A stretch of 64,000 bases of DNA from Microbotryum violaceum (lineage: Eukaryota), in NCBI GenBank assembly GCA_001244265.2, contig LN717261.1, positions 1,751,591-1,815,590 of the forward strand. Direction: 5' to 3'. Below are positions 26,758-39,500 of the stretch, piece by piece. Below the pieces are notes generated by a model, which worked only from the letters and a program-made list of their open reading frames with translations, had not been told where the DNA came from and did no database searches. The position numbers and the translations under genes were made by a program. Within the stretch, counting starts at the first letter, position 1; each line of letters begins with the position of its first letter.

Positions 26758-29200
26758 TATTTTTATTATTTATTTGATAGACTTCATTAACAGCATACTT
26801 ATATTGACACCTAGAAATCTTCGGAAAAGTCGGAGGGAATGCTGTTACGCACACTAGCAGAAGCCAGTAGTGTAAGACTCATTGACCCTGAACCAGGATC
26901 AACCATACCCACTAAAACCCCCTTTGGTGTCTTACAGAGACACTAGGCGACCCTTGGACTCCTGGATAGAGGCTCGAAGCCCCTCGAACTCCGTTTCGGT
27001 GATCAGTTCCAAAAGATCCGACGAGAATCGACGACGGCGACACAGCTTCCAGATCGAGTGAAAGAAGAGGATTCGTAGTTCGACAAGTCGACGTTCCGAG
27101 CGAGACACGACCGGGCATACAAAGTCCACAAAGACTGGGTGGGGGGTCGGGGACAGAGCAGACCAGAGGCGCCGGGCAAATGGGCAGCCGACCGCGAGGT
27201 GAACCAGGCACTCGGGTGCTTCCGAGAGGCACATCACATAGGAGGTAGATCGATTGTTGGGATGTGGGCTGGTTGGGGAGGCGACTTGGCTTCCCGAATG
27301 GAGGGACCCCAGGGAGAGAAGGTGGCCGGTATCCTCGGCGTCCGAGTGAACCCGGCAAACCTTGCGCAAAGCCTTCCACCAAGCGTTCCAGCGTTGCTCA
27401 GGCAGATCGAATACCTTCTGGTGTCCCTTGGGGAACATAGGGGGGAAGATGAAGACTTGGTGGCGTTTGGACGCGTTCACAAACGAAGACGGGGTCATCA
27501 CCTCGCCATCGGCCCTCGAAAAAGCGTCGGGTTTACCGAGAGTTGTATTCCGTGGCCCGCTGGGAAATAGAGTACGTGCGTCGCCCATTGCTCGAGGTTC
27601 TGGCTCTTGGAGAGTTCCGGGGGATTGAGCGTGGTCACCAACGCCCAGGCTTCGAAGTATCGGACCCAACGAGCAGGAAGAAGTTTTGTCGTTTTTCTCA
27701 CCGCATGGTCCCACTTTGGGGAGGATGGCAAAAGTAAGCCCACCAGATCCAAGTCCAAGGGCAACGATGCTGTTTGGGGGCCGGTCTGGACAAGGTGAAA
27801 GGGGTTGGTTCGTTTGGTGCCTGGAGGCGGATGCGGATGTCGAAGAGGTGGCGTGTGAAGCAGCCGTCCGGGGCCCGGAGCTGGAAGACCCACTTCGTGT
27901 GATCCATTGCTAGACGCCGAGGCAGATCAATCAAACCGAAGCCGCCGTGATCAAGAGGGGTGCAGAGGCGCGACCGGGAGACCTTCGGACGTCGCTGAGT
28001 ACCATCCGAAGCTCGACCGTGAATGGCGAGCATGGCGGCCTCCTCGATCTCCTTGACAACGCTTTTGGGGGTGGGAAGGAATCGGCTGTAGTACAAGATC
28101 TTTGTGTAGCAGTAGATGTTGATGATCGAACACTTGGCTGCATATGGGAGATCGTACATCGGAACTGAGCGTATCCGAGCGATGGTTGAGGCCTTGACAT
28201 CTTCCCAGCCCGCATCCTCGGCGATCTCCACCCCGACCTGAATACCAAGGTAGCGAAACTGCGAATCGCTGAGACGCCAGGTCCCGAGATCTGGGGCGAT
28301 CGACCGATCCTGAAAAGCTTCAAGGGGGTAGAGGAAAGATTTGACGTTGCTGAGCTTGCTGGCACTTGCCCGTTCGTAAAGCTCAATCGCCCGATTGAGG
28401 TGGTCGAGGTCCGAGAGGTTGTGGAGTGCGCAGCAAGCGTCGTCGGCAAAAAGGAGTTCGCGAACGTTTTGGAGGCCCGCAATATCGATGCCCTTGACTC
28501 TCAATCGAATCTGACAGGCAAAACCTTCGATCGCCAGGACGAAGAGAGACGGAGCCAAAGGATCACCTTGCCGAACGCCCGACAGGATGTCGAAAGTGGC
28601 AGAGAGCCAACCGTTGAGGAAGATCGAGGCAGATTGGTTGGTGTAGGTCGCTCGGTACCATTGGCGGGCTTTGGGGCCGAGGCCAACGGCGCAGAGGACT
28701 GCATCAAGGTACGGGTGGGAAAGATGCTCATAAGCCTTTTCAAAGTCCATCACCGCTAGCATGCCAGACACGGGTGTTGAGCCCGGAAGTCCAGGGTCCA
28801 TGAGACATTGGACCTCAGCAATGTTCGTGCCGATCCAACGGTTCGGAACAAAGCCACGTTGGGTTGGGCCGATCAGGGACTCGAGCAAGGGAGCGAGGCG
28901 CTGGTTGTGGGCTTGCGAGATGATGCGCTCGGCCGCATTGATGAGCAATATGGGGCGTTTGTTCGAAAGCTGATCCCTCTCGCCGCGTTTGTGGATAAGA
29001 TGGATGTGGGCGGTGTTGCGGGGAAGAGGTCCAGGCTGACGGGCCTCGGTGGGGATCGAGTTGATGACGTCTCGAAGAATTGGGCCAGTGGCCGGCCACG
29101 TAGCGCAATAAAACTCAACCGGGAGGCCGTCAGGCCCTGGCGAAGAGTTCGACTTACACGCCGCTTGAGCCTTTGTCATCTCGCCACCGTTCATGGCCCT
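26758..29200 (-). mobile_element. 5'-truncated L1-like non-LTR retrotransposon
   Basis: RT motifs SPGPDG, KRPILLIN, DFEKAY, GVRQGDPLAPSLF, LFADD, YLGI; C-terminal ECLVHLAVGCPFARRLW (zf-RVT-like); A-rich 3' tail at ~26758-26777; frameshifted; no endonuclease domain; no TSD found. Confidence 0.85.
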
Positions 29201-29518
29201 TCACATGTATGTCAGTGACGAGCTGCCAATTCCCCGTCATGCTGGCATCGACAATATCCTCCAGCTTGAAGCAGCGGCTGCTTCGAGTAAGCTCCGCACC
29301 TTGCCCACAGCCCCGGCACATATATATGCATCACCAGTTCACCCACATAATCTTATTAGATCTGAGTGGGAGGGGTTATTGGATTGATACATCGTGGCTT
29401 GGTTGCGGGCCGAGGCATACCTATTGGATTTTGATCGGACCATCATGACCAAAAGCCGTTCTACGTCTTTGATCGTCGCTTCAAACTTTCGCGACGCTCG
29501 AGGCAGGGTCAGAGCATC

Positions 29519-29795
29519 TGAGGCCCGAGGCACGAGGTACGTAAGTAAGAGAGCCGAAGATGGTAGTAAAGATAGTTCGGAGGTATTGCGAGACTAACCT
29601 GAGGCCCGAGGCACGAGGTACGTAAGTAAGAGAGCCGAAGATGGTAGTAAAGATAGTTGGAGAAGAGAGAGAAGAGCTAAGGGCGCGCGCACTTGGAAGG
29701 CTAGAGGCGCGCGGCTAATATCAACAACTAGATACTAAACTATTCTAAGTGGGATGAAACAGTAATACCTTTTTGACACGCTGCGAGCGTCAACA
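29519..29795 (-). repeat. Possible solo-LTR remnant with a ~60-bp direct repeat
   Basis: tgaggcccgaggcacgaggtacg...agatagtt occurs twice; TG..CA ends are possible; no matching TSD. Confidence 0.35.
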
Positions 29796-30847
29796 CAGTA
29801 GAAGGCTGCTAGTAGTGGATTGGTGTGCCCGCAGAGGCTGACGAACTAGGTGCCTATCTTGAAACCTTGAGGCGACTAGATTCCCAGATGCCCAAACGTG
29901 ATGATATGGTCAATGTGCTTTCTGGATTTGTCATTGAAAAATAGTGTCCGTCGCCGAGGACGGAGACTGTCAGCTCGAGGACGAGGCGCAAGTGACCGAA
30001 GGTGCCGGTGGTGAAGGTGTCAAGGAGAACCAGATTCACAACATGAGTCCCCTAGTAGGTCTCGCTCTCGATCGAGTCCGAAAATTTATCTACGTTCTGC
30101 ACTTTGCTTCTGTAGAGGGATTGTCGGACTTGACGGAGGAGAACATCCTCGACGGTAAACTCTTGACGCGCGGTGAGGATCCCCTCGCGGCTGACAAGGA
30201 GGTGGATCAAGTCGTCGATGCCGCTGTCGAACAAGATGGTATAGTACGCCTTTGTACTTTGTCATACCACCGGTTATGACAAGTGTTTCCTGAAACTGAT
30301 GGTCGTAATGTCTCTTGACTATTACCGCGGGGGCTCGGGCTGAAACAGAGGGCCAAGCATAAGCACTCCGGAGCACAGCCGACATGGACAGGGGGTCGGC
30401 GGTGCGACGGTCGATCTCAACTCGGTGTCATTTCACCTAGTTAGGTAGCGCGGCCCTCTCTCAGTCTAGGCGCTTATTACGTTAGACATGACGGAACATC
30501 GCAAAGTGCTTTCATGATGATACGCCAAGTAATTGCTCGAAGAATACTATCATGTGTGTCACAAATCAGTGCAAACGGAGCTCAAAGCACGATGCGCCAT
30601 TAGCCCGGGGCGCTTGTCTCTACTGCCGGCGCGCCGGCTCCTTCGCATCGAGAGCAGGTCGCAACCGATTGTGACCGGAGTAGTCTGTTTGGTATAGGAT
30701 TACAACATAGTACCCGAAGAAGCTCCCAACCATTGATATCCAGCCCCGCCTCGGCTAGATTCGCATGCCACGACCAAATCATGTGTGAACGTCGGCGATT
30801 GGCCGACACGAAAGCCGTGCGTACTCATCCCGAGGCACGCATCGATC

Positions 30848-31538
30848 CTAGTCGTCTTCTTTTGGGGGAGGTGGTCCACAAGGTTGTAGCATCCTCTATC
30901 GCACGAAGGAGGTAGGTCAGCTCGAAAGGCTTGTCCTTGGTCGGTCGATCGCGCCGTTGGATCGGATTCGGTGGGATCTCGTCCGATGCTGGCCGACCAG
31001 AGAGCACTTTGCACCGATGCGAAATCCATCCGGCTGCGCTGACTCACCTCTGTTAACTCAAATTTGACCCTGGCAGTGGCTTCCCCATCTGCGATGGCCA
31101 TGTAGTTGAGCAAGGGAGGGTGGCCGACGACGGAGGCGTACGTGTCGCGGTGTTGGTGCGAGAACCATTCGCTGTGCGATCGACGAGGTTGGTTCAGATG
31201 AGGTCGAATGTGGTGAGCAATTTGTGTGTGGAGAGTAGAACGGGTCAGTCCCCTGCACGGCAAAGTGGACGAGCTGAAGCGGGAGAAGGGGAGTGAGCGT
31301 ACAACTTGGTCATGTCGGCGTGTCCCGTGCCTGGTAGAAGGCAGGTCCGAGTCCGATCAGGCCATGTGAGCTGCTTGCGTCGTTAAAAATGGATGCTACT
31401 ACTACTACTGACCGACATAGCGGGCGTGCAGTTGCGCGATCTGCGTATTCGCCGTGTGTCGCAATTCGGCCTGCGTGCGATGGTGGCACGTGTCAGGGGT
31501 GTACCAAGAATACACTGACTCGGGGCAGGGCTCACCAT
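30848..31538 (-). CDS. SF3B5: Splicing factor 3B subunit 5 (SF3b10/Ysf3), five exons, intact
   Basis: Spliced product M-AELRHTANTQIAQLHARYV-GTGHADMTK-xEWFSHQHRDTYASVVGHPPLLNYMAIADGEATARVKFELTE-RMLQPCGPPPPKEDD*. Confidence 0.93.
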
Positions 31539-31865
31539 GGTGTGTGGGGTGGATGGGCAGGCGCAGGGGGATGCAGGGGGATGGGAATGGGGATGGGGCA
31601 GGAGGTGAAGCGAGAAGCGAGTGCAGTGGCAGTCGAGCGCGCTCAGAGCCAAATCAACCTCACCCTAATCCTTAAAACTTATCCTTAAATCCCTGAAGCT
31701 CTTTAGAGCTGAAGGTTTGTTCCAAAAAAAAATCGGCGGCGCGAGCTTGGGAAATTGACGACGATCTCAGCGACTTTGGTAAATTGACGACGATCTCAAC
31801 GCCGGGGGGCGGCCTGGGGGGGGGGGGGGGGGGGGTGCCGCGAGTTTGGGAAATGCATCCAGACA

Positions 31866-34800
31866 TAATGCCGCGAGTAAATGGTGCAATTACCAATTAC
31901 ACGCGCGTGTTTACCCCGAAGCTTGACCCATCTACCCAGGTAGTAAGGTGCAAAGTTCACTTACAAATGGTGCATTCTTCGCGCAAGTTTGGTGCAATTA
32001 AGGATGGTGCATCTACCACGTAGCGGGGCAATCCGCTGTATCTCGTGTAGTATGCCATGTATCACCCTGAAGCTTGACGAGCCCTTTTACATGACCATCA
32101 AGTACGTCCACTCTTGGTAAGATGCACTCTCACCCGGATCTCATGTTGTTGAAAATCGTGCCCGTACTCCCCCCCCCCCCACGGGCTCGACGAAGGCCCC
32201 CAGGCATCGAAATATTCACTAATTCTTTTACTCGGTACTACAACGGGTCAAATGATCCGATCATGCGTGTCACTGCCCAAGCAAAGTAGGTCCTGCATCC
32301 ACTGCACAGCCGCGCATCGCCGCCAGCGAACTTGCTCAATTTTGTCTGGGTGCACGTAGCCTGCTTGACCCGTCGCGTCGCGCCGAATGCCTACTTCTAC
32401 TTTCGACTCATGTTCACCGCGCCACGCCAGTTCCTGCCATCCGTTGCCATCGACCGATACTCGCCTTGGTTCCAAAACTCGTTTCGCATACGTCATGTCC
32501 AGTCAGCAGATGAATGCAACGCTCCAGAACAAGGGTGGCCGACCCCGCATTGGGATATTGGGACCCGACCAATCGACATGACCCGCCCACCTGCACGTGG
32601 CACCTCCCAGATGTCCTCGACTACGTCTACCCAGAAGAAAGACTTGGGCCAGCGGTAACCCGATATCATTGACCAATTTCCCTCAGTGACGCACTCCAAT
32701 CAACTCCCAATGACTCCTGAGGGCTGCTCCGACTGAGTCGACTCGAACACCGACCCAGACCCCGCCGTCGACGACTCCGAAGCCAGCTCCTCCGATGGCG
32801 ACGAAGAAGCCATGGATCGACTGCGCCAAGTCGTCAACCTCCTCGAAAATTGTGCACCCAACCATCTACAGCTGGAGTATGACACAATGCAAGCCAAACG
32901 TCAAGCGATCATGTCGTCGAACCTCTGGTCGGCGGAAGAGAAAGCCGACTACGGGCAGTGGCCGCTGATTCTTGGTGACCGAAGGAAAGCAGATGAATGG
33001 ACGCTCAAGGACACCATACCAATTCTCAAGCTTCCTTTGTACATGGCCACCGAAGTAGGTCGATACTGGTTCCAAGCATAAGCAGTCATTGGTGGCTAGT
33101 TGAAGTTGCTGATTAGGAAGCAAAACGGACAAAATTCTTCCTCACCGATCCTCCTCCTATCCTTCATTGGCGAAACCAACCGGAACAGGAGCACGAATGG
33201 ATAGCCTGCAAATACGAACGTTGCCTCGCCGTAATAGAAACATCTCACGGTGCTCCATCGATCTCTTTCCATCAGCATCCGGCGGATCACCTGACATTGT
33301 GCCCGGTCATTGGGTGCTTGTTGAGGCCCGTCTGTCCGACCACACCTTCCGCTTCCATGACTTGCTGCGGCGATCTAAAGAAAGCGTAGACGACCCGAAC
33401 ATTTCATCGCCGGAACAAAACTTTGCCAATTGTTTGAAGGTGAGAGGGAGAAGCGACTTGTGTGGATTCCGCTTACCTGATAGGCTGACTATAATACGCC
33501 GAGCTCATGATCGCAGAACATCGTTCCTTTCCTCACGGCTCGGGCAGAAAGCCCCGTCTCTCGTGTCACCGGAGGCAGTGACCGGCCCACAATCCCGTAC
33601 GCAGAGTGGGAGGGAGTGATCGTGAAACCGCGAGTACTGAAGAAGGGGGACTTGATGCCTAGGACAGAGTTTACGCGACATCCCGATGGCAACGCTTGCG
33701 GCGTCTTCGTTTGTCGAACGATGGAAACGTTGGTCGCGGCGGTTGCGTTTCAGTCTGAGTTAGACTGGAGCTGGAGCCCAGTCAAGCCACTACAGGACAA
33801 CTTCTATGCTAACCAACGCGCATACATGTTAGACGTGGCTAAACATGCTCGCTTGCGGTGTGACACGGAGTTGGAAACAAATTCTGACCCCCCTCCCCTC
33901 GATTTGCGAGAGGGGAGTGGAGCTCCTCCGCCGGTTCCCGGTCAGTCATCCTACTGTTGATCTCAACGATCTGATCTTAGTGATAGTTCAAGCTTGCTTA
34001 ATATTGAGGCTGATACTCTTGTGTATGCAGAATCTGTCCCACTCGCGCTCAAGGAGAGTTCGCCGGAGCTCGAAGAGAAGCCCTTGGGATCGGGGATCGC
34101 CCGGCATTGAATTTTGCGCGCCTACCCCCGTTCTGATTGACTCTTCGATCGGCACAATGTACACCTCTGAGCGCAATCCCGACGCTCAATGTACTTCTCC
34201 GTTGATTTCACGAAGCCCGCGGCCCAACCCGGCACCGTCAATTGCAACGATTGGTTCGATGCCAGATGCGCCGCCAATGAGACTCCCGACGGTCGTAAGG
34301 TTCGACCCTACTCCCCCTCTGCCGGTGTCTGAGGCACTCGAGGTCGTTACTTGCTTGCCAAGGTATCAAAGATGTACATTGGCCGTTCGACCAATTGCCG
34401 CTATATCCAAAAGCGCCCCAAGCCCTTGCCGATCGAAGCGCAAGAGGGAAGAATCTTTTTTCAAAACTGCGCGGCTTCGCTGAAGCCTTGCACTCAATGC
34501 CTGGCTCGCAATACAAATCTGATGTTGGAGTCAATTGCTCAAGGTATGGGCTCTCCCAAACTGCATCGGACCCTTCCTTGTCATCAGAACACTCACATTG
34601 GTCATGGTTTATTTTGAGCAGCTGCAAGAAGAGGAGTGAGGTCGTCGATCCCAAGCCGTGCCATTATGAGTAGAACGGAAGGATGTATATACATACATAT
34701 AATGAGATAATGATCGCGGCTAGTGACATTTGCGAGAACACTTGGTGATGTGCTACTAGCTTTGTTAGGACATGTTCACGGATGGTTTGGAAAGGCAGTC

Positions 34801-35336
34801 AATGATCTTCCTTGTCCAAGTTCAAGCTGAGGCAGGAAATACGGCGAGGAATGCTATACAAGGTGTCCCAATCCATATGGACACATCCCGCAGCTCCGAG
34901 ATGATTGATCGTCTTAGTCATTGTATTGCAGCCTAGGGTGGGGGGGGGCTACTCGGTCCGGGGTCCGGACGACTCGGCCGCGGCGTGGACGAGAGCCGGC
35001 CCGGGTGCACGCACGATTTCCAACTACATGGGATCCTGATGAGAGTGCTCCTTACTGAAGGTGGACGTACTTGATGATCATGTAAAAGGGCTCGTCAAGT
35101 TTCAAGGTGATACATGGCATACTACACGAGATACAGCGGATTGCCCCGCTACGTGGTAGATGCACCATCCTTAATTGGTAAACGCACCTTTCTTCCGGGG
35201 CAAACGCACCAAACTTGCGCGAAGAATGCACCATTTGTAAGTGAACTTTGCACCTTACCACCTGGGTAGATGGGTCAAGCTTCGGGGGTAAACGCGCGCG
35301 CGTAATTGGTAATTGCACCACTTGCTCGCGGCATTA
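31866..35336. mobile_element. Long-TIR element (~300-bp TIRs) with no recognisable transposase
   Basis: 31866-~32161 (TAATGCCGCGAG...) is the reverse complement of ~35011-35336. Confidence 0.8.
32812..33960 (+). CDS. Ulp1/SENP-like (C48) cysteine peptidase domain, multi-exon, possibly decayed
   Basis: Correctly ordered triad motifs GHWVLV (His), FRFHDLL (Asp) and DGNACGVFVC (Cys). Confidence 0.65.
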
Positions 35337-35925
35337 ACCCATTTTCCTTGGGAAATTGACAACGGTCTCAATGCCGGGGGGCGGCTTGAGGCGCGCCGCG
35401 ACTTTGGGAAAATTGACGACGATCTCAACATTACAGCCAGCCGGCAGAAGCCGGCACAGACCTGCACAGACCGGTACCGGTGCGGAACGGCGGCAAATGG
35501 CACGGAGTGCAAAGTCCTGTACTAGGCGTGCGTTTCGGCCCGTCTGATAGCTGTGTGCAAACATCAACATCTCAGTAGCTCATGGTACAGCCCTCCTCCA
35601 CCGTGGAGTAGTTCATCAGTCACGAACGGTGCTCAGTCGGTCCGACACACCAGTCATTGGTATCAAGTGGCATTTGTGTCCACCCGCCCTGCGGCGATGT
35701 CGATCTCTCCCAGTTCACTGTCTTAGTCGTGCCTCCCAATGCCGAGTCATTGCAACTCATTGGACGGCATCTGGGAGCTTGGCTTGACAAGAGGCAGTCG
35801 CTCTTGCCAACCTGGTGAATGAGTGCAGTACTCTTATCATGGACTGAACAGATCTGATTCCTTGCATTCGCTTGACAAGGATCTATCTAGTGATCAGGTG
35901 CTTGTTGCGACAGCTCGTTACCCTA

Positions 35926-35990
35926 TTACCCGAACTAGTTACCCTAACTAGTTACCCTAACTAGTAACCCTAACTAGTTACCCTAACTAG
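35926..35990. repeat. Five 13-bp units (TTACCCTAACTAG) followed by an A10 run
   Basis: Read directly. Four of the five units contain CCCTAA and all end in CTAG. Confidence 0.9.
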
Positions 35991-36571
35991 TAAAAAAAAA
36001 AGTGTGAGTTAAGGAATGTACCTAAAATCGCTGTTTTTAACTAGGTTGCGGCCCTCCGGGCCGCCTGTGGTGGATGTACCAGCATACTGTTGTGTCTGCC
36101 GCACCTGCCTGTGGTGTCCATGTTCCGATCAGAAGTCATGTACAAGCGCTGCGGTGACTTTTGTATCTTCCGCGCCGTTCCAACGAAGCTACAGCGCTCC
36201 CAGTATTTTCCTTCTTTTTTTCGCTCACATAAAACAATACTTCCACTCATATTGCATTTAATGAACCGCAAGCGCGTGGCTTTGCATGATATTGCTTCTA
36301 CAGCAGAGCTCTGCCTGACGTGCGAGGCGAGGGCTGGCGTTTGTCACGTGATGCGGTGCGCCGGCGGTGGAGTGTCATTCCGGCAGTCGACCAGCGGCAT
36401 TAGGGGCTGAACAACCAATTTGCCCGTATGGCATTCGACCAGCGGCATTAGGGGCTGAACAACAAATCAAACCACGTAAATAATCCTGCGCCGCTCCCTC
36501 GAACCTTTCCTCTCTCCCTCCCACTCTCATCCAATTTCAGTGACACTCATTCAAGAGCAAACCTTCGCCAC

Positions 36572-39500
36572 TATGCCCCGGTCCCAAGGTCGCCAGGGAG
36601 GGCCATCGCAACCTCGCCAAGTCTTGGGCGCGAGGGTAGCGCCGTACCATGGGCTGCCATGGGCCCGCTCGAGCGCCCGCTGCTGGGCGCCCGCGGCTCG
36701 ACCCTCCTCTTCGTCCCGCACCGATCAACAGAATCAACCCCCGCGCGTCATGACAACAATGCAACCGATCTTGGCATTGCGACATGTATACGAGCCCGCC
36801 GTGCAGCTGTGCAGAACGGACAGCGTCGTCAGCGCGATGGCCAACTCGACGCTGGGCTCGCCCCACCACCACCACCTCCGCAAAGGCGAGTGCGCCGGGC
36901 TCGAATCGCGCTCAAACCCTTCAAGCCCACGTTTCGATCCGCGACGACCTCGGCCCTCAGACGGCCGTGTGCACCCACTGCAAGGCTCGGCACTGAAAGT
37001 GCGAAAGGTCGAAGTCGACCAGACACTTCAGCGCGTGCTGCTCGCAGGGCAAGGTGCGGCTACCTCCCCCTCCCCAGCCCAATCTCGAGTATCGGCAGCT
37101 TCTTCAAGGCTCGGATAGCGGTCAGTTGCTCCGTCCAACAACGTTCGTCTGCAGTAGACTCACATGCTGAACTGTTCTACCCACCCACACAGAAGCGGTT
37201 GCATTCCGCGAGAATGCCCAGTCGTACAACAACGCGTTGTCGTTCACTTCGCTCGCTGCCCTCTGGGACCAAACTCAAGTGGGCACGCTAGGACCCCCCG
37301 TGTTTCGCGTGTTTGGTCGCCTCTACCATCGACTCGGCGCCCTGATCCCTGCCGTGACTCAACGCCCAACCTTTGCTCAAACATGGCTCATCGACCCGGC
37401 CGAGGCCACCGACACTCGACTTGGACCCGACGGCGCAGAGACTCGCATTCAAAGATCAACGCTGACCAAGCTCGAGTCCATGTTGCGCACCGGCAATCGC
37501 TTTGTGAGGGAGTTCGCATCGGCCAAAGCCCGCGCGGGTTGGGATACGGCCAAAGAGTGGGTCCTGCGCCTCTGCCTACCACCAGGCCGAGACCGACGCA
37601 CCCACAACATTCCTACGTCAAGCACGGAAATGGCGATGCTTATCTGCGATTCCGACACCAACACGGGAGATCGTGGACCGCAAGACCTTATTCTCCAGGT
37701 GCACGGTGATCGATGTCCCGATGGTCGGCCCAAGTACCAAATCGTTAGCTCGCTCCATCCGTCTGCGATGCCTCTCCGGTACCCACTACTCTTCCCCGCG
37801 GGGAAGATGGCTTCCACCCCAACATTCCTCTTTGCGGTTTCAACCAAGCTGGGCCGCCCATCGCCAGAAACCGAGAGCAGATCGACAATGGTGTCCAATT
37901 GCGCGAGCTACTTGACGGCCTTGGTCCAGATGAAGAAGACGAAGAGGAGGACGATGAGGATGAAAGCGACGAGGAGGACGAAGAGAATGGTGATGGTGAA
38001 CGTAAGCTAAGCGTCTTCGGCTCATTCTCAGATACCTCTCTGTTGAGACGCACCCTCAGACTCACATAAATTGTTCGAAAATCTAGGACGAAGATCAAAC
38101 AAGAGGGGTCGAGGTGGATCAACCCGAGTTTCGCGTTCCCAATACTTTGCATATCGCTTGCACGAACGCGACGACTACTTCTCCATTCCGCATGTCACCC
38201 AGCGTCTCTTCCTCGAGTTCGTGATTGAGGGATACTCCCAAGTCGAGACCGATCGACTCAACTACATCCGGTTGCATCAAGAAAGTCTGCGCCTCACCAC
38301 GGCTCAAGGCATTACCGACGCTGTTGCCAACGGCCTGACCCCGGATCAAATTGGACGTTCGGTGATTTTGGGCTCGACGTTCAAGAATAGCCCGCGCGAG
38401 ATCACGCAGCGCTACCAAGATGCGATGGCTTGCGTCGTCAAATATGGAAAGCCTTGGCTGTTCATCACGGTGACGTGCAACCCCGAATGGCCGGAAATCA
38501 AGGCTGCACTGGGGCCGAACGACAAAGCATGCAACCGTTCGGATCTCATTGCACGAGTGTTTGAAGCCAAGCTGAACCGACTCTGCGACGACGTTTTTGG
38601 CAACAAGCAACGTGCAGGCTGTTTTGGCGTGGTTCTGACGCATACACATGTGATTGAGTATCAGAAGCGGGGCCTGCCAAATGCCCATATCCTCATCACC
38701 CTCGCGCCGGACGATCATCCTTTGTCGACGGAAGCGATCGACAAGATGATCTCGGCCGAGATACCCGATCCTTCGCGCTATCCTGATCTCCACGAGACCG
38801 TCACAAAGCACATGCTGCATGGCAAGTGTGGCGGAAACTCGACTCAGCCCTGCATGGAGAAGGACAAGTACGGTAATCCGAGGTGCAAGCGCCATTTTCC
38901 CGCGAACAGAACCCCCACACCCGCATGCACCCTGAAGGCTACCCGTTGTATCGCCGACGCTTTCGCCACGCCGTTGTCAAGGGGGTGTTATCTACAACGA
39001 TGGTGACTGCGTGCCGTACTCGCCTTATCTCTGCGCCAAGTACAATGCGCATATCAATGTGGAGGTTGTGACAACGATCGGCGCGATTAAGTACCTCTTC
39101 AAGTATGTGTACAAAGGTCCGGATCGAGCTGTGGCGCGCGTTGAGCGTGCAGCGAACGGTGAAGGGGCTCGCGAGGACGAACCGGTTCGAGATGAGATCA
39201 ACGAGTTCGTCGAAGGTCGCTACATCAGTGCTCCAGAAGCGGTCCACCGCCTATTCGGATTCTCGGTCGGTAGAGTGTGGCCACCCGTCAATCGACTACC
39301 GGTCCATCTGGAGAATCAACAATCTGTGCAGATCAATCCCAATGAACCGCTGCCCCTCGACACTCCGCCCACTCGCTCCAAACTGACCGGCTTCTTCGAC
39401 CTGTGCGCTGCAGCTCCCGACGGCGAGCTCACTACCACGTTGCTCTACACGAATGTGCCGCGCTACTACTCCTGGAATAAGGAGAAGTTGCGCTGGAAAC

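Noticed and set aside
29854..30385. Possible host gene remnant
   Set aside because: Fragmented frames with no family I can identify.
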